Notes: generated by a model from the sequence alone, not told the origin. A stretch of DNA of 64,000 nt from the human T2T-CHM13v2.0 reference genome, Homo sapiens (GCF_009914755.1 NC_060931.1); one strand, 5' to 3'. Counted from the stretch's first letter, positions 23,215 to 47,896 are shown. Numbers and translations: made by a program.

Positions 23215-24271
23215 TAATGAGGTGTGATTTGATTGGATCTTGCAATAAAGTAATGCTGGGAGGTGTGATCTGACTGGATCCTGCCATGGGGTGACACCAA
23301 AACTCAATCTGATTGGATCCTGGCTCCTGCCTGGGGGTGTCTGGTTCTTAAATCGGTCCGAGCTCTTCAGGCTGAGCTCTTAGGTTCCACTCCACGGTGG
23401 CACGCGTGGTTAACCTGGGCATGCACAGGGTACATGACCTTCAACCTGCAGGTCGATGGCAATTGGAAAACAACTGACAACTTCATTACATAAAAGTTGA
23501 ACTGATTCGGGTGCGGTGACTCACGCCTGTAATCCCAGCACTTTGGGAGGCCAAGGCAGGTGGATCACCTGAGGTCGAGGAGTTCAAGACCAGCCTGGCC
23601 AAAATGGTGAAACCCCGTCTCTACTAAAAATATAAATATTAGCCAGGCGTGGTGGCGCACCCTTGTAATCCCAGCTACCCCAGAGGCTGAGGCAGCAGAA
23701 TGCTTGAACCTAGGACGTGGAGGTTGCAGTGAGCTGAGATCGTGCCATTGCACTCCAGCCTGGGTGACAAGAGTGAAACTCCATCAAAAAAAAAAAAAGT
23801 TGAACTAGATTTGGTCTGATGCAGTTACAGATTTACAAACCGCGTCCCACCCTCCTGCCAACACCTTCCACTCCTCATTCTTGAGGGATTAGGGATGGAG
23901 GTCATGCTTCTGTATCGACTTCATGCTGACCAGGGGCACTTAGTCCCCTAAAGTGAGAGGAATGAAACTCTTGGGCTTCTGAGTTCAGATGAGTTCTGGG
24001 GTCACCCGGAGTAGCTTGAAAGGCTGGTATTGTTGTAATACAAGCTGAAGGTGGAAGTGTTGGATCCTGGAGGACAAACAGCTCACCATCCATTTAAATA
24101 AATAGGACCAAAAAGTAACAGAACAGTGGCCACGAGGGGCCCCAACAGAGGAAGAAACCAGGTGAGGTGTGGTATAGTGGACTCGACTGCCTTCTAAATC
24201 TCAGTGGTTGTCCGGGTGCGGTGGCTCACGCCTGTAATTCCAGCAAAAGAAGAGCCGAGGCAGGGTGATCA

Positions 24272-24489
<218 letters not shown>

Positions 24490-24522
24490 TCAATCAATCA
24501 ATCTCAGTGGTTGAACTACCCT

Positions 24523-24911
24523 TGATATGGTTCAGCTCTGTATCCCCAACCAAATCTCATGTCCAATTGCAATTCCCAGTGTTGAGGGAGGGACCTGGTG
24601 GGAGATGATTGGCTCATGGCGGCTGACGTCCCCCTTGCTGGTCTCGTGATAGTGAGTGAGCGCTCATGGGATCTGGTTGTTTAGAAGCATGCAGCACCTC
24701 CTGCTTCACTCTCTCTGTCTCTCCTGCTCCACCATGGCCAGAAACGTGCCTGCTTCCCCTTCGCCTTCTGCCGTGATTGTCAGTTTCTTGAGGGCTCCCC
24801 AGCCATGCTTCCTGTACAGCCTGCAAAACTGTGAGTCAATTAAACCTCTTTTCTTCATAAATTCCCCAGTTTCCAGTAGTTCTTTATAGCAGTGTGAAAA
24901 CAGACTAATGG
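24523..24911 (+). mobile_element. MST (MaLR) solo LTR, MSTA-like
   Basis: tgatatggtt...cagcctgcaaaactgtgagtcaattaaacctcttttcttcataaatt...cagactaat; 5-bp TSD accct at 24518-24522 and 24912-24916. Confidence 0.85.
24742..24830 (+). other. PMS2P: LTR-derived cassette exon of PMS2P ([29 protein letters not shown])
   Basis: ggccag|AAACGT...AAAACT|gtgagt inside an MST LTR, in frame with exon 5. The peptide matches my recollection of PMS2L/PMSR cDNA C-termini. Confidence 0.7.
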
Positions 24912-25335
24912 ACCCTTCTGGTTGAAGGAATGTAGCCATTCTGCTTGTTTAAGTATTTCCTTTCTATTCATCTCTATTTCCCGGGAGGTGTTTATCCAAG
25001 TGCAATAGGAGATATTGGTGACTGCAGAGTCCCCTCAGTGTTCTGCTAGTAAATAGTTGAAGGTTGATCAGTGATCTCCAGCATTTTCAGTCTGGCATGG
25101 AAAAGCCCCCATGTAACTGGTAAAGGTATCAGTAAGCACCAGGAGGTATCTAAATCCACCAGGAGCCATAGGCATCATGTTGATGTCCATTTACCAGTCT
25201 TCCCTGGCAAGATTCTCTGAATTGTACTGCCTTGGCCAAAAGAGGTATGGGAGGGGCTGGGCACAGTGGCTCACGCCTGTAATCCCAGCATTTTGGGAGA
25301 CCAATTCGGGTAGATCATTAGAGGTCAGGGGTTCA

Positions 25336-25539
<204 letters not shown>

Positions 25540-26609
25540 TCAAAAAATAAAAAAAGAAGTCTGGGTGTGGTGGCTCGTGCCTGTAATCCCAGGACTTTGG
25601 GAGGCCAAGATGGGTGGATCATGAGGTCAGGAGTTCAAGACCAGCCTGGCCTAGATGGTGAAACCCTGTCTCGAGTGAAAATACAAATATTAGCTGGGCA
25701 TGGTGGCACACACCTGTAATCTCAGCTACTCAGAAGTCTGAGACAGAAGAATTGCCAAAACCCGGGAGGGAGAGGTTGCAGTGAGCCGAGATCGCGCCAC
25801 TGCACTCTAGCCTGGGCGACAGAGCAAGACTCCGTCTCGAAAGAAAGAAAGAGAAAGGAAATTCCCCAGGGAAGTACCTCGGCTTATTTCATGAAGAGGT
25901 ACTGAAGGAAGCAGAGGCATGTGGAGGACTTCCCCACCTCGTGCAGCTATTTGGGCCGTGGCGTCTGAAATTTCTTATTTCAGAGTCACCCCTTTGATGA
26001 CCTTGGCAGTGGACTGCAGTCATCTGTTTAGGCCTCTCCATGGCCCGTGTCAATGCCGATATTTCTGTCTGTTGCACATTTGATTTCCTTGTTGTTGGCA
26101 TTTAGAAGGCCCCCTGTTTCCCAGATCACACCACGGGCATGGACCGCAGAGATTGCATCTTGTGAGTCTGTAGAAACAGTCAAGGCCTTGTCCTCTCTTA
26201 GGTCCAGAGCTCAGGTGAATGCAGATTTTCCCGGCCATCTGTGCTGAAGTCCCTGTGGGGAGGCTCCTGGCTGGTTTCCTGTAGGTAGACAGCTACACAT
26301 CCTGCCCTTCATTGGCTTCTTTTCATGAAGCTCCTGCTGTCTACAAAACATGTCTCCCTTTTCTTCTTGAACCACATCTCTGTTATTGAAACTCTAGAAG
26401 TCAGCCAGGCACAGTGGCTATGCCTGTAATCCCAGCACTTTGGGAGGCCAAGGTGGGTGGATCACCTGAGGTCAGGAGTTCAAGACCAGCCTGGCCAACA
26501 TGGCGAAACCCTGTCTCTAATACAAATACTAAAATTAGCCAAGCATGGTGGCCACTGCACTCCAGCCTGGGTGACAGAGCAAGACTCTGTCTCAAATAAA
26601 GAAAGAGAA

Positions 26610-26830
26610 AGTATCATGCTTTTCAGAGTTCTGTGGGTTGTTATGGTGAATTATCAAACCTGAGGACGTGGTGGGAACCTCCAAATTTGCAGCCAGTTGG
26701 TGAGAAGTACATGCGGTCTGTGGACACCCAAGCTTGCAGCTGCATCTGAAGCGAGGGCAGCCTAGCGGGGGCTGGTGGCCTTAACCTGTGGCATTTGATG
26801 TAACATCAGGGAGTTGACATCAGAATTACG
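26610..26830 (+). mobile_element. MER21-like LTR fragment
   Basis: gggaacctccaaatttgcagccagttggtgagaagt...catctgaagcgagggcag signature. Confidence 0.5.
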
Positions 26831-27044
26831 TCACACAGGCCAGGTGCAGTGGCTCATGCTTATAATCCCAGCAATTAGAAAGGCAAGATAAGAAGATTGC
26901 TTGAGCTTGAGTCTGAGCCCACAGTGAGCTATGACCGCACCACTGCACCCCAGTCTGGGTGACAGCACAAGACCCCGACTCCAAAAATAAAAAAGAAAAA
27001 TCACAAAGAATTGCATGGCAGAGTGCCTGTCTTTCACAGCTTGA

Positions 27045-27267
<223 letters not shown>

Positions 27268-27545
27268 TAGCCAGGATGGTCTTGATCTCCTGACCTCATG
27301 ATCCACCCACCTCAGCCTCCCAAAGTGCTGGGATTACAGTCCTGAGCCACCGCGCCTGGACTTTTTTTTTTTTTTTTGAGAGGGGTTGGGGAGACATATT
27401 CTCTGCTAGTGATTCTCCTGCCTGGTCTCGAACTCCTGCTGGGATCACAGGCGTGAGCCACCACGCCCAGCCACCTTTAGAGTTTTCTTACCACCTGGTT
27501 TTCCTCTCTCAATATCTTTCTCTCATTTCCTGCTTTAAAACTCTA

Positions 27546-27689
<144 letters not shown>

Positions 27690-28164
27690 TCAGACGTACA
27701 GGCGGATGCCTGTAGTCCCAGCTACTTGGGAGGCTGAGGCAGGAGAATTTGCTTGAACGCGGAGGTGAAAGTTGCAGGGAGCCGAGGTTGTGCCACTGCA
27801 CTCCAGCCTGGGAGACAGAGCGAGACTGTCTCCAAAACAAACAAACAAACAAACAAACAAAAAAACCCTGTAGCTTGGGATCAGCCTTCTCTTCTGTTGT
27901 TTTTCTTTAAAAAATAAAAATTAAAAATAGGCTTCAAGTGATCCTCCCGCCATGACCTCCAAAACTGCTGGGATTGTAGGTGTGAGCACTGCACCCAGCC
28001 GTATGTTTTTTTCTACATAAAAAACAGCACAGGATTATCTTCCAAAGCTAACAAATATGTTCAAATAACCACAACCCCATTAAGGAAAAATGTCACTTGA
28101 CAGCAAATAATCAATCCAGACCACAATATGATCACACTCACTGTGAAGGTGAGAAAAGTTCATC

Positions 28165-29610
28165 TTTATTATGTTTCCCCAAGAGATGCACTGCACTGTT
28201 CTCTTGAAAACACACAGCTCATGTCCTCCTTTAGAACACACATCCTCTTTAAAGTAACATACAAACATGCCAAAACAAGATAAAAAATTCCATCTGAATT
28301 CTCACATTTCAAACATACACTAAATATCAAATAAAAATTTATTTTTACAAGAATTTAGGGGAACTACCACATAGCTATAAATGTAATATATATGTTAACT
28401 AAGTATCATAGATAAAAACCATGCTCCCTTCAGCAGCACGTGTAATAATAGATACAAAGATTGAAAGGTAAAAGATTTAGGATGAAAAGAATCCTCTCTT
28501 AAAAAGGAAAACAAAATTATATGTATGTGTATACAACAGTTATAATACCCATCACACAGCTTTATAGAAACAGCATCTATTCAAAAATACCAGTATTTCC
28601 AAAATATTTAAAATAATATTTAAAGTAATAATAATATTTAAATAAATAAATATATTTAATAAATATTTCAGTAAATAAAATATTTAAATAATTCTATACC
28701 CATGTTTTTCAAAATAAACCAATAAAATAGATAGTATATATTAGACGTGTTAGTATATATATCTGAGACATGTTAAAAATCACAACTGAATTCTCACAAG
28801 TCAGTCACAAACCTAAACAGCAAATAAAAATTTCTATCACCAGAATTATGTTTTTTTCTGGTGGGGAACTACCAATAGCTATAAATAGAAGAGATTATTA
28901 TGGAAGTATCATAGATAAAAAGAGTGCTCGCTTCAGGAGCACATATAATAATACAGAAAAAAATTTAAAGATAATAAAAGATTTAGGATAAAAAGAATTC
29001 TCACTTAAAAATGAAAAGAAAATTATCTTTAGGTATATATAACAACTATAACTCTCATCAAAAAACTCTACAGGAACAGCATGTTTTCAAAAGTACAACA
29101 ATTTCCAAACTATTTGAAATAAACCTATTAATAATTCAATGGCCAACATTTTCCAAACAAACCAATAAAATGCATAGTGTGCATGAAGCTATCTGTTACA
29201 GTCTGTGGCACTCATATTTCACAAAGAATTCTGTGCCAATCTGAGCCCCTGCACTGTGCCTTCAAATGCTCCTGGACTGTGGCAACCAAGTCCATAAGAA
29301 ACAGGACCTCCAGGTTCCGCCCCAGGGAGGTTGGCATTCAGCAATATAAAAAGGGAGGTGGTGCCGCAGGAAAGGGTGGAACTGGAAACACTCCTGGTTT
29401 CTTACTTTTCTCCAAGGACTCCTAGAAGTACCCCACCCCACCCCTGCTCCTTGGAGGACAACGTGATCACTGTATTCAGCTCTGTCAAGAATGGTCCAGG
29501 TTCTTCTAGATGATCTGCACAAATGGTTCCTCTCCTCCTTCCTGATGTCTGCCATTAGCATTGGAATAAAGTTCCTGCTGAAAATCCACATCTCCCCTGG
29601 GTCCGGTGTT
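28165..29610 (-). other. SPDYE: SPDYE copy 2 terminal exon / 3'UTR
   Basis: Acceptor at 29611/29610; minus-strand AATAAA at 28165-28170 and 28338-28343. Confidence 0.6.
29417..29590 (+). other. PMS2P: PMS2P terminal exon (LTPRSTPPHPCSLEDNVITVFSSVKNGPGSSR*), antisense to SPDYE copy 2 last exon
   Basis: Pyrimidine tract tttcttacttttctccaag|G, TGA at 29511-29513, AATAAA at 29565-29570. Confidence 0.65.
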
Positions 29611-30508
29611 CTGGAAGTGAGAGAGACAATGTCACACTTCAAGGAGGCAGCTCTCTAGACAGGAAGGTTATTCACATCCCATGTCAAGTCTAGCTAGAGT
29701 TCAGAGCAATTGAGAAGTGCAATTTTATCTCCTGCCTTTCATTCTATACCCTGCTTCTGAACCATCGTGTTCAACTGTGAAACTCACACTTTGGTGACCC
29801 TGACTCCAAAACTTAATACACCCAAGGTCAGCCCCAGTGATCTGCTTCATAGCCAGGACTTTGGGTGGGTCTTCCCAGGGAGTAGGGCACCCTCAGAGAA
29901 TGTGGCTTTGGACTTCATCACAGCTGGGGCCTTTTGTGTCACTTCAGATCTAAACTTGTAACCGTGCTAGATCTGTTTCTAACGTGACAACATCACGAAC
30001 CACGAGTCCAGAAGCCTAATCCATAATCCTCCCTCCTCATGACGAAGTCTCATGCTCTGTGCTCAACATGGTTAGCTGCACAAGATGTAAACCAAAGCTT
30101 CACTGAACCCTCGACCCAAATCGGTAACTCAAGTGCATCAATCATAATGAACCTCCCCGAACTCAGTATTTATGATTATTTTTGAGGCAGGGTCTCACTC
30201 TGTCGCCCGGGCTGGAGTGCAGTGGCAGGATCAGGGCTCCCTGCAGCCCCGACCTCCCAGGCTCCAGCGATCCTCCCGCCTCAGCCTCCTGAGTAGTTGG
30301 GAGTAGAGATGCCTCCCACATCGCCTGGCTAATTTTTGTATTTTTGTGGAGAGGGGATCTCGCCACGTTGCCCAGGCTTGAAGCCAGATCAAGCAATTGG
30401 GTTCCTTGGATTTCCGAAATAGACCCCAATATTCTGCCTTTACCCCGGAGGATGCAGATGTACCTTCTCTCAGGCCGATGACCTCAGGCCTCCACGGTCC
30501 CTGGAGCT

Positions 30509-36376
<5,868 letters not shown>

Positions 36377-37707
36377 CTCACCAAACCTAGTCTCTGTTCT
36401 GTCCTTGGTCTTCTTCTGGACACTGCTGGGATCCAGAAGAGTGTGTTATCAATTCTCGAGGCTGGGAGAAGTCAGGAGTGGAGAACAGCTCTGAGAAGTT
36501 ACTGTTGTCCAACTGAACTCCCAGGTGCCGACAGAGTCCGGTCCCTCCAATCAGGAAGGTCGGAATCTCTGATGTCATCGCTCATGCCAACCTGGCAACC
36601 AGTTTGAAAAAAAACACATGTAACTGCCAGGCTGATCTCTTGTCCTGGAGATCCTGGGTGAATGGTATCTCCTGCCACTGTCCCAACCTCAGACCACTGT
36701 CCAAAAGCATCTTCAGGGTCTCCGCATCCCTCTGTTCCCTGTCCCAGCAGAGGCTGTGTCCTCTCCACTCAAAGCTTGAAGCGTGTTGGGGTCTCCTCTT
36801 CTCTGTACATGCCCGTTTCAGAGTCCAGTCTGGTGGGAGAGGGATCAGGATGGGAAAGAAAAGTAGGGTAAGCAGAAACGATGAAACCTTACAAGAGTGA
36901 GATTATCATGTACAAGAGATCCCAGGAACATTGACTTGATGAAAAAGTCACATCAGAGCACTCAATTTGGCAGAGGTTTTCTGCCGAGTGTCTACTGACA
37001 TTCACTGTCCGAGATTCTGTACTGGGGGTACACGCGTCCTCTGCCCTAAGGCATCTTTGAGTCCAAGAGATATTTTGAGGACTGGAAATCATAGGAAACT
37101 GCCCATGAGTTCACACATATTTCCAATGGTGTCCCCAATTTCAGGGAGTCCACGGATCACCTAAAGCCAGCCCCTCCAGTTTGGCTAAGAAACTCTATAT
37201 ATCAAGTTTTGTATCATATGTATTGCTCTTAACTCAGAAAATTCCACCATTTATAGCAGTGGTTTATTTATTTATACCATTGAAGGAAATGGTTTATTTA
37301 TGAATCTATATTATGGATATTCTATAAGATACTGGGTGTACAAAAAGACTAAGTCGAAAAATCTCAGCTGTGCACAGTGGCTCATGCTTGTAATCCCATC
37401 TCTTTGGGTGGCCAAGGGAGGAAGACTGCCTGAGGCCAGCAGTTCAAGACCAGTATAGGCAACATAGCAAGAGCCCATCTCTAAAACAAAACAAAACAAA
37501 ACAAAACAAAATTAGCCAGGTGTCGTGGCTGGCACCTGTGTTCCAACAACTTGAGAGACTGAGGTGGCAGGAGGATTGCTTGAGCCTAGGAGTTAGGGGC
37601 TGCAGTGAGCTGTGATCGTGACACCGCACTCCAGTCTGGGCAACACAGCAAGACCTTGTGTCAAAAAAATTTTTTTAATTAAATATAAAAGAGTTTCATG
37701 ACATTCA

Positions 37708-37869
<162 letters not shown>

Positions 37870-38043
37870 TTAGACGGGGCCAGGTGCCATGGCTCATGCC
37901 TGTAATCCCAGCACTTTGGGAGGCCAAGGAGGGTGGATCACGAGATCAGGAGATCGAGACCATCCTGGCTAACACCCCATCTCTGCTAAAAATACAAAAA
38001 GTAGCCAGGAATGGTTGCGGGCACCTGTATTCCCAGCTACTCA

Positions 38044-38880
<837 letters not shown>

Positions 38881-39026
38881 TGAACTCCCAAGCTCAAACA
38901 GTCTGCCCACCTCGGCCTCCCAAAGTGCTGGGGTTACAGGTTGGAGCCACCCAGCCCAGCCTAGATTTTTAGCTTGATGAAAATCCTGGTTTGGGAACAG
39001 AGTCAGCTCCACAGCGGGTCATCTGA

Positions 39027-39179
<153 letters not shown>

Positions 39180-39976
39180 TGACTAATTTCTGTATTTTTG
39201 TAGAGATGGGGTTTCACCATGTTGACCAAGCTGGTCTTGAACTCCTGACCTCAGATGAACCACCCGCCTCAGCCTCCTAAAGTGCTGGGATTACAGGTGT
39301 GAGCCACCACACCTGGACTGTTCTTTTCTCTTACGTTTGGTCACCTGGTGCCTCTGAACTCCCTCTTCCACTCTCTCTACATCCTGATGCACAATTTATT
39401 TGAAAAGGAGGAAACATTTTCCGTCCCAAGTCCCTTTTTACTCCTTTCTTTCCCAACAAAACCTGTACAGAATCCTCACACTACTGTGTTCTGTAGAGGA
39501 GCGGAGAGGGAGACCAGTTCTCCACTCCCCTGGCCCTGCTGACACCTGGAGGGTGCCAGGCATGTTCATGGAAACAGCAGCATTGCAGCCTTCCTTCCTT
39601 CCCCACAGCTGTATCCGTGTGAGTCTGGACAACAAGGACTTGTCAACACGAATCTCTCTCTTCTCCTGGTGTAAGACAGAACAAAAACAAAAGACGTTGG
39701 AGTAGAGATCAGAAAAGGGTGGGTTTGCGATGTTTGGGAGGGTTGAGTGGGCATTTTGACAACTTAGCTTCTCCTTGGGTGGTATTTAGCAGATGCCCTT
39801 GTGGTTTAAACTGTAGCTTTAGATATAAAATCCACTCCTGGTCAGGTGCGGTGGCTGACGCCTGTAATCCCAGCACTCTGGGAGGCTGAGGTAGGCAGAT
39901 CACGAGATCAAGATCAGCAGATCGAGACCATCCTGGCTAACACGGTGAAACCCCATCTCTACTAAAATAATAATTA

Positions 39977-40168
<192 letters not shown>

Positions 40169-40218
40169 CTAATGCTACCTGGGGCCCTGCTGCTTGATGG
40201 AGAAACTGAAGAACGTAA

Positions 40219-40494
<276 letters not shown>

Positions 40495-40586
40495 TAGCCT
40501 CCCACCTCAGCCTCCCAAAGTGCTGGAATTATAGGCATGACCCACTACACACTACACCTAGTTTTTGTTATTTATTTATTTCTTAG

Positions 40587-41406
<820 letters not shown>

Positions 41407-42350
41407 TAGCCAGGATGGTCTCAATCTCCTGACCTCTTGATCCACCCGCCTCGGCCTCCCAAAGTGCTGGGATTACAGGTGTGAGCCACTGCGCCCGGCC
41501 TAATTTTTGTATTTTTAATAGAGACAGGGTTTCACCATGTTGGCCAGGCTGGTCTTGAACTCCTGACCTCATGTGATCTGCCCCTGCTTAGCCTCCCAAA
41601 GTGCTGGGATTACAGGCATGAGCCACCATGCCTGGCCAGATCTTATTTGGAAATGGTATTCTGCATTGTAATTTTTGTTCTGTTTTATTTTTACATTTTC
41701 TTTTTATGACATATCTAGGATTTGCTTTAAAACATCCCAGCCAAGAAAAAGAGGGGAAGGGGAGGACAGTTTGGAGCACATTGGCAAAATCCTGATTGCT
41801 ATTTAAGCTGGGCAGTGGGTCCATGGGGGTTCACTGTACTCTTCTGTCTACTTTTGTAAATGTTTAAAAATGTTTGTTGTAAAAAGTTCCTTGGTTTTCC
41901 TTATGTTTCTCCAGAGAGGAAAAAAGATGTTCAGTTTTATATCTTAAAATGTACAAGCTACCTTGTTAGAATAAAACTAAATGTGTATGCTGCTGGGCAC
42001 CAGGGCTCATGCCTGTAATACCAGCACTTTGGGAGGCCAAGACAGGTGGATCACCTGAGGTCAGGAGTTCGAGACCAACCTGGCCAGCATGGTGAAACCC
42101 CTGTCTGTACTGAAAATACAAAAATTAGTCGGGAGTGGTGGTGCACTCCTGTAATCCCAGCTGCTCAGGAGGCTGAGGCAGGAAGATCACTTTAACCCTG
42201 GAGGAGAAGGTTGCAGTGAGCTGAAATCGCACCACTGCACTCCAGCCTGGGCGACACAGCAAGACTCTCTGTCAAAAAAAAAAAAAAAAAAAAGCCAGGA
42301 CTAGTTCATCAAGAAGCAAAATAATATGACAAACCCTACTTAAATGATTT

Positions 42351-42565
42351 CATCTGGTTTCAACCACTGCCAGCTGGTTTGATCCAGTTTCAGCTGGTTT
42401 CAAATGACTTCATCCAGTTTCAGCCAGGTTAATTCAGCTTCAGCTGGTTGTGAACAGTTTGTGGCTCCTTTCAACCAGTTTCAGGTGGTTTCAGCCAAAG
42501 TCATCCAATGTTGGCTGGCTCCAACTGGTTTAACTCCTGTTTCAACTGGATTCAGCTGATTTCCA
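42351..42565 (+). repeat. Degenerate 10-bp tandem array (consensus ~CAGCTGGTTT)
   Basis: catctggttt / cagctggttt / catccagttt / caggtggttt / caactggttt units. Confidence 0.75.
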
Positions 42566-42827
42566 CTCTCCTTAAGGCTGTGCTGTCCAATTCAGTAGCT
42601 CCTAGCTACATGCAGCTCTTTACATTTAAATTGATTAAAATTAAAGGAAGGCCAAGTTCGCTGGCTCACCCTGTAATCCCAGCACTTTGGGAGGCCGAGG
42701 TGGGAGGATCACTTGAGGTCAGGAGTTCGAGACCAGCCTGGCCAACATGGTGAAACCTTGTCTCTACTAAAAATACAAAAAACATTAGCCAGGCATGGTG
42801 GTGGGTGCCCATAGTCCCAACTATTCA

Positions 42828-42968
<141 letters not shown>

Positions 42969-42972
42969 CTAG

Positions 42973-44410
<1,438 letters not shown>

Positions 44411-44949
44411 CTCAGTCACGCTGCTCACAATTCCAGTGCCTACAAGGGCCAGGACCACATGTGTTCAAGTGGCCAGCATATTGGATGGTGCATTCATAGA
44501 ACATTTCCATCACCACAGATGGTCCTTCTGGGCAGCTCTGCTCTCGGGAGGAGTTCAGATGTAGAGATCATGGCAGCAAAAGTCTCTCAGAGTCAGGTGA
44601 GAGGCAAAAAGATAAGTCTGTTATTGGCTGGGTGCGGTGGTTCACACCTATAATCCCAGCACTCTGGGAGGCCGAGGCGGGCAGATCACAAGGTCAGGAG
44701 ATCGAGACCATCCTGGCTAACATGGTGAAACCCTGTCTCTACTAAAAATACAAAAAATTAGCTGGACGTGGTGGCAGGCACCTGTAGTCCCAGCTATTCA
44801 GGAGGCTGAGGCAGGAGAATGGCGTGAACCCAGGAGGCGGAGCTTGCAGTGAGCCAAGATCGTGTCTCTGCACTCCAGCCTGGGCAACAGAGGGAGATTC
44901 TGTCTCAAAAAAAAAAAAAAAGGAAGTCTGTTATTAACACCAGGAATGA

Positions 44950-45249
<300 letters not shown>

Positions 45250-46482
45250 TGAGCACCTGCTATCTACCAGGGAGTGTCAAATGTGTAAAAATGCTATCAG
45301 TATGCCTTCCAACAACTCTATAGGGTGGGCATTATCACCCATATTAACAGAGAAGGAAAATGAGGGTTTTTTCCTTTTTTGTTTGGTTGGTTGGTTTTGG
45401 TTTTGGTTACTGAGACAGGGTCATACTCTGTCTCCCAGGCTGGAGTACAGTGGCAAGCCTCATAGCTCACTGCAGCCTCAACCTCCCAGGCTCAAGTAAT
45501 CCCCCCAAGGAGCTGGGACTACAGGCATGCACCACCATGCCTGGCTTTTTTTTTTTTTTTTTTTTAGAGGTGGAGTCTCACTATGTTGCCCAGGCTGGTC
45601 TCAAACTCCTGTTCTCAAGCGATCCTCCTGCCTCAGCCTCCCAAAGTGCTGAGGTTACAGGCGTGAGCCACTGCACCTGGCTAGGAAACTGAGTTTTTTC
45701 AGTGGTAGAGGCTCCTAGCCAGTGGCCAAGGGAAAGAGAGAGTTCTGGGTTCAGGGGCTGGCAGGAAGTTAGCAAGACACCAGGGACTCAGCTACACTGG
45801 CTGGATCTCAGAGAAGAGCAACTGCCACAGTGGGGACCTGGAGCACAAGGGGAAACTGGGGCAGCAGCTGCACCACAGGGTTGGCGGTACCTGATAAGGG
45901 AAGAGGATGACTTCCATAAGTAGGCCCACAGGTGCCCAGGGCTCCCCATACCCACTGGGTGCCAGGTCTAAAACCATGAGACCAGTACCAGCACCAACCA
46001 CTCAAGGAGCTGAGACGGCTGACCCACTCTCTGCCCTGGCTAGGACTGGCCCCAGCACCCCCAGTGGGGAGGCCTCAATGATCCCAGCTGCCAGGGGCCC
46101 AGGAACACTAGCAACAGAAGAATGGCCAAAGTGACAGGGAACCCTTGAGACCCTAGAGCAGCAATGCCTGGGCCGGGCCTGATCCTTCCCACCAGCCCCC
46201 AGCCATTCCTGGCCTTCTGCCATGCTTCCTGGTTGGTCTGCAAAGTGCCTGGGGCAAATACCTTCTGGGAGAAGAGTAGAGAGGGTATCCAGGCTCCATG
46301 GGCCTCAGGATTCCTGAAGTAGGAGGCTCTGATGGGGCCACCCTGCTCTGGACAGAAATTCCCTAGCCTCAGGGACATGTTGAATCTTGTCACCCAGAGG
46401 AACCAAGTGGCTGGGTGGTAGCCCAGTGCAGTGGCTCATGCCTGTAACCTCAACACTTTGGGAGGCCAAGACAGGCAGATCA

Positions 46483-46803
<321 letters not shown>

Positions 46804-47884
46804 CTAAGACCAAATGGGCTCCCACTCCAGGAACGTCCCCCTTCCCACAGGGGCTGGGGAGATGGAGTCCGGGGCTGTGCTGCCCTCTGGAGCAGCAGGT
46901 GGAGGCCAAGGCAGCCTCACTGTTCTCCGGGGCCCTGGGAAGCCATGCAGAGAGGCAGAGGTCCTTTATGTGCCAGATGAGGCTGCTGTCAAGGGACTGC
47001 AAATCTGCTTGAGGTGTGACATATCTGTTTTTAGAACAAGAACATCACATCAGGAGGAGCCGGTGGCCAGAGCTTGGGGAAAGGGGGGATCCAGGTCCAA
47101 TTCCCATGTATCTAGGGCACATGTGCACAGCACTGAGGGCCACTCCAGCCCCTCCCCAGCTCTCAGAGGACCCTGCTCCCACCTGCCTTTTGCTCTGCTA
47201 TCGGGCAGATGGCATTGTCTCTGCTTTGCAACTGATGAAATAGGAACTCTGGCTTCTGGGCTAGGCTGAGAGGGTGCTTGCTGCTGCCATTCCTGGCCCA
47301 GGTGAGACATTCGGTCATGAGCATCTGTAGCTCTTGCCTGAGCCTCTGAGCCTGCCAGGGCAGAGCAGAAGCAAATGCATGAAGGCCCCTCCCCCAGGGG
47401 CTGCTCTTAGCCAGTGACTGATGAAAATGGGTGTGTAAACAGCTTAGCCACATGACCCCACACAGGTGGGACAACCATGGGTTTCCACATTCTGTACTGC
47501 CTCCCAGAGGTCCCCACCAGGTTTAAGCTCAATTGCCCACACTGGTAACTGGTAACTTCCTTGATAGCACTCATTTCTTTTTTCATTCTTTTGGTGTTTT
47601 TTTAGATGGAGTTTTGCTCTTGTCGCCCAAGCTGGAGTGCAGTGGTGTGATCTCAGCTCACTGCAACCTCCGCCTCCCAGATTCAAGCAATTCTCCTGCC
47701 TCACCCTCCTGGGATTACAGGCATGTGCCACCACACCTGGCTAATTTTATGTTTTTAGTAGAGAGGGAGTTTCCCCATGTTGGCCAGGCTGGTTTTGAAC
47801 TCCTGACCTCAAGTGATCTGCCCACCTCAGCTTCCCAAAGTGCTGGGATTACAGGCATGAGCCACTGCGCCTGGCCATTTCCTT

Positions 47885-47896
47885 TCTCTCTCTCTC

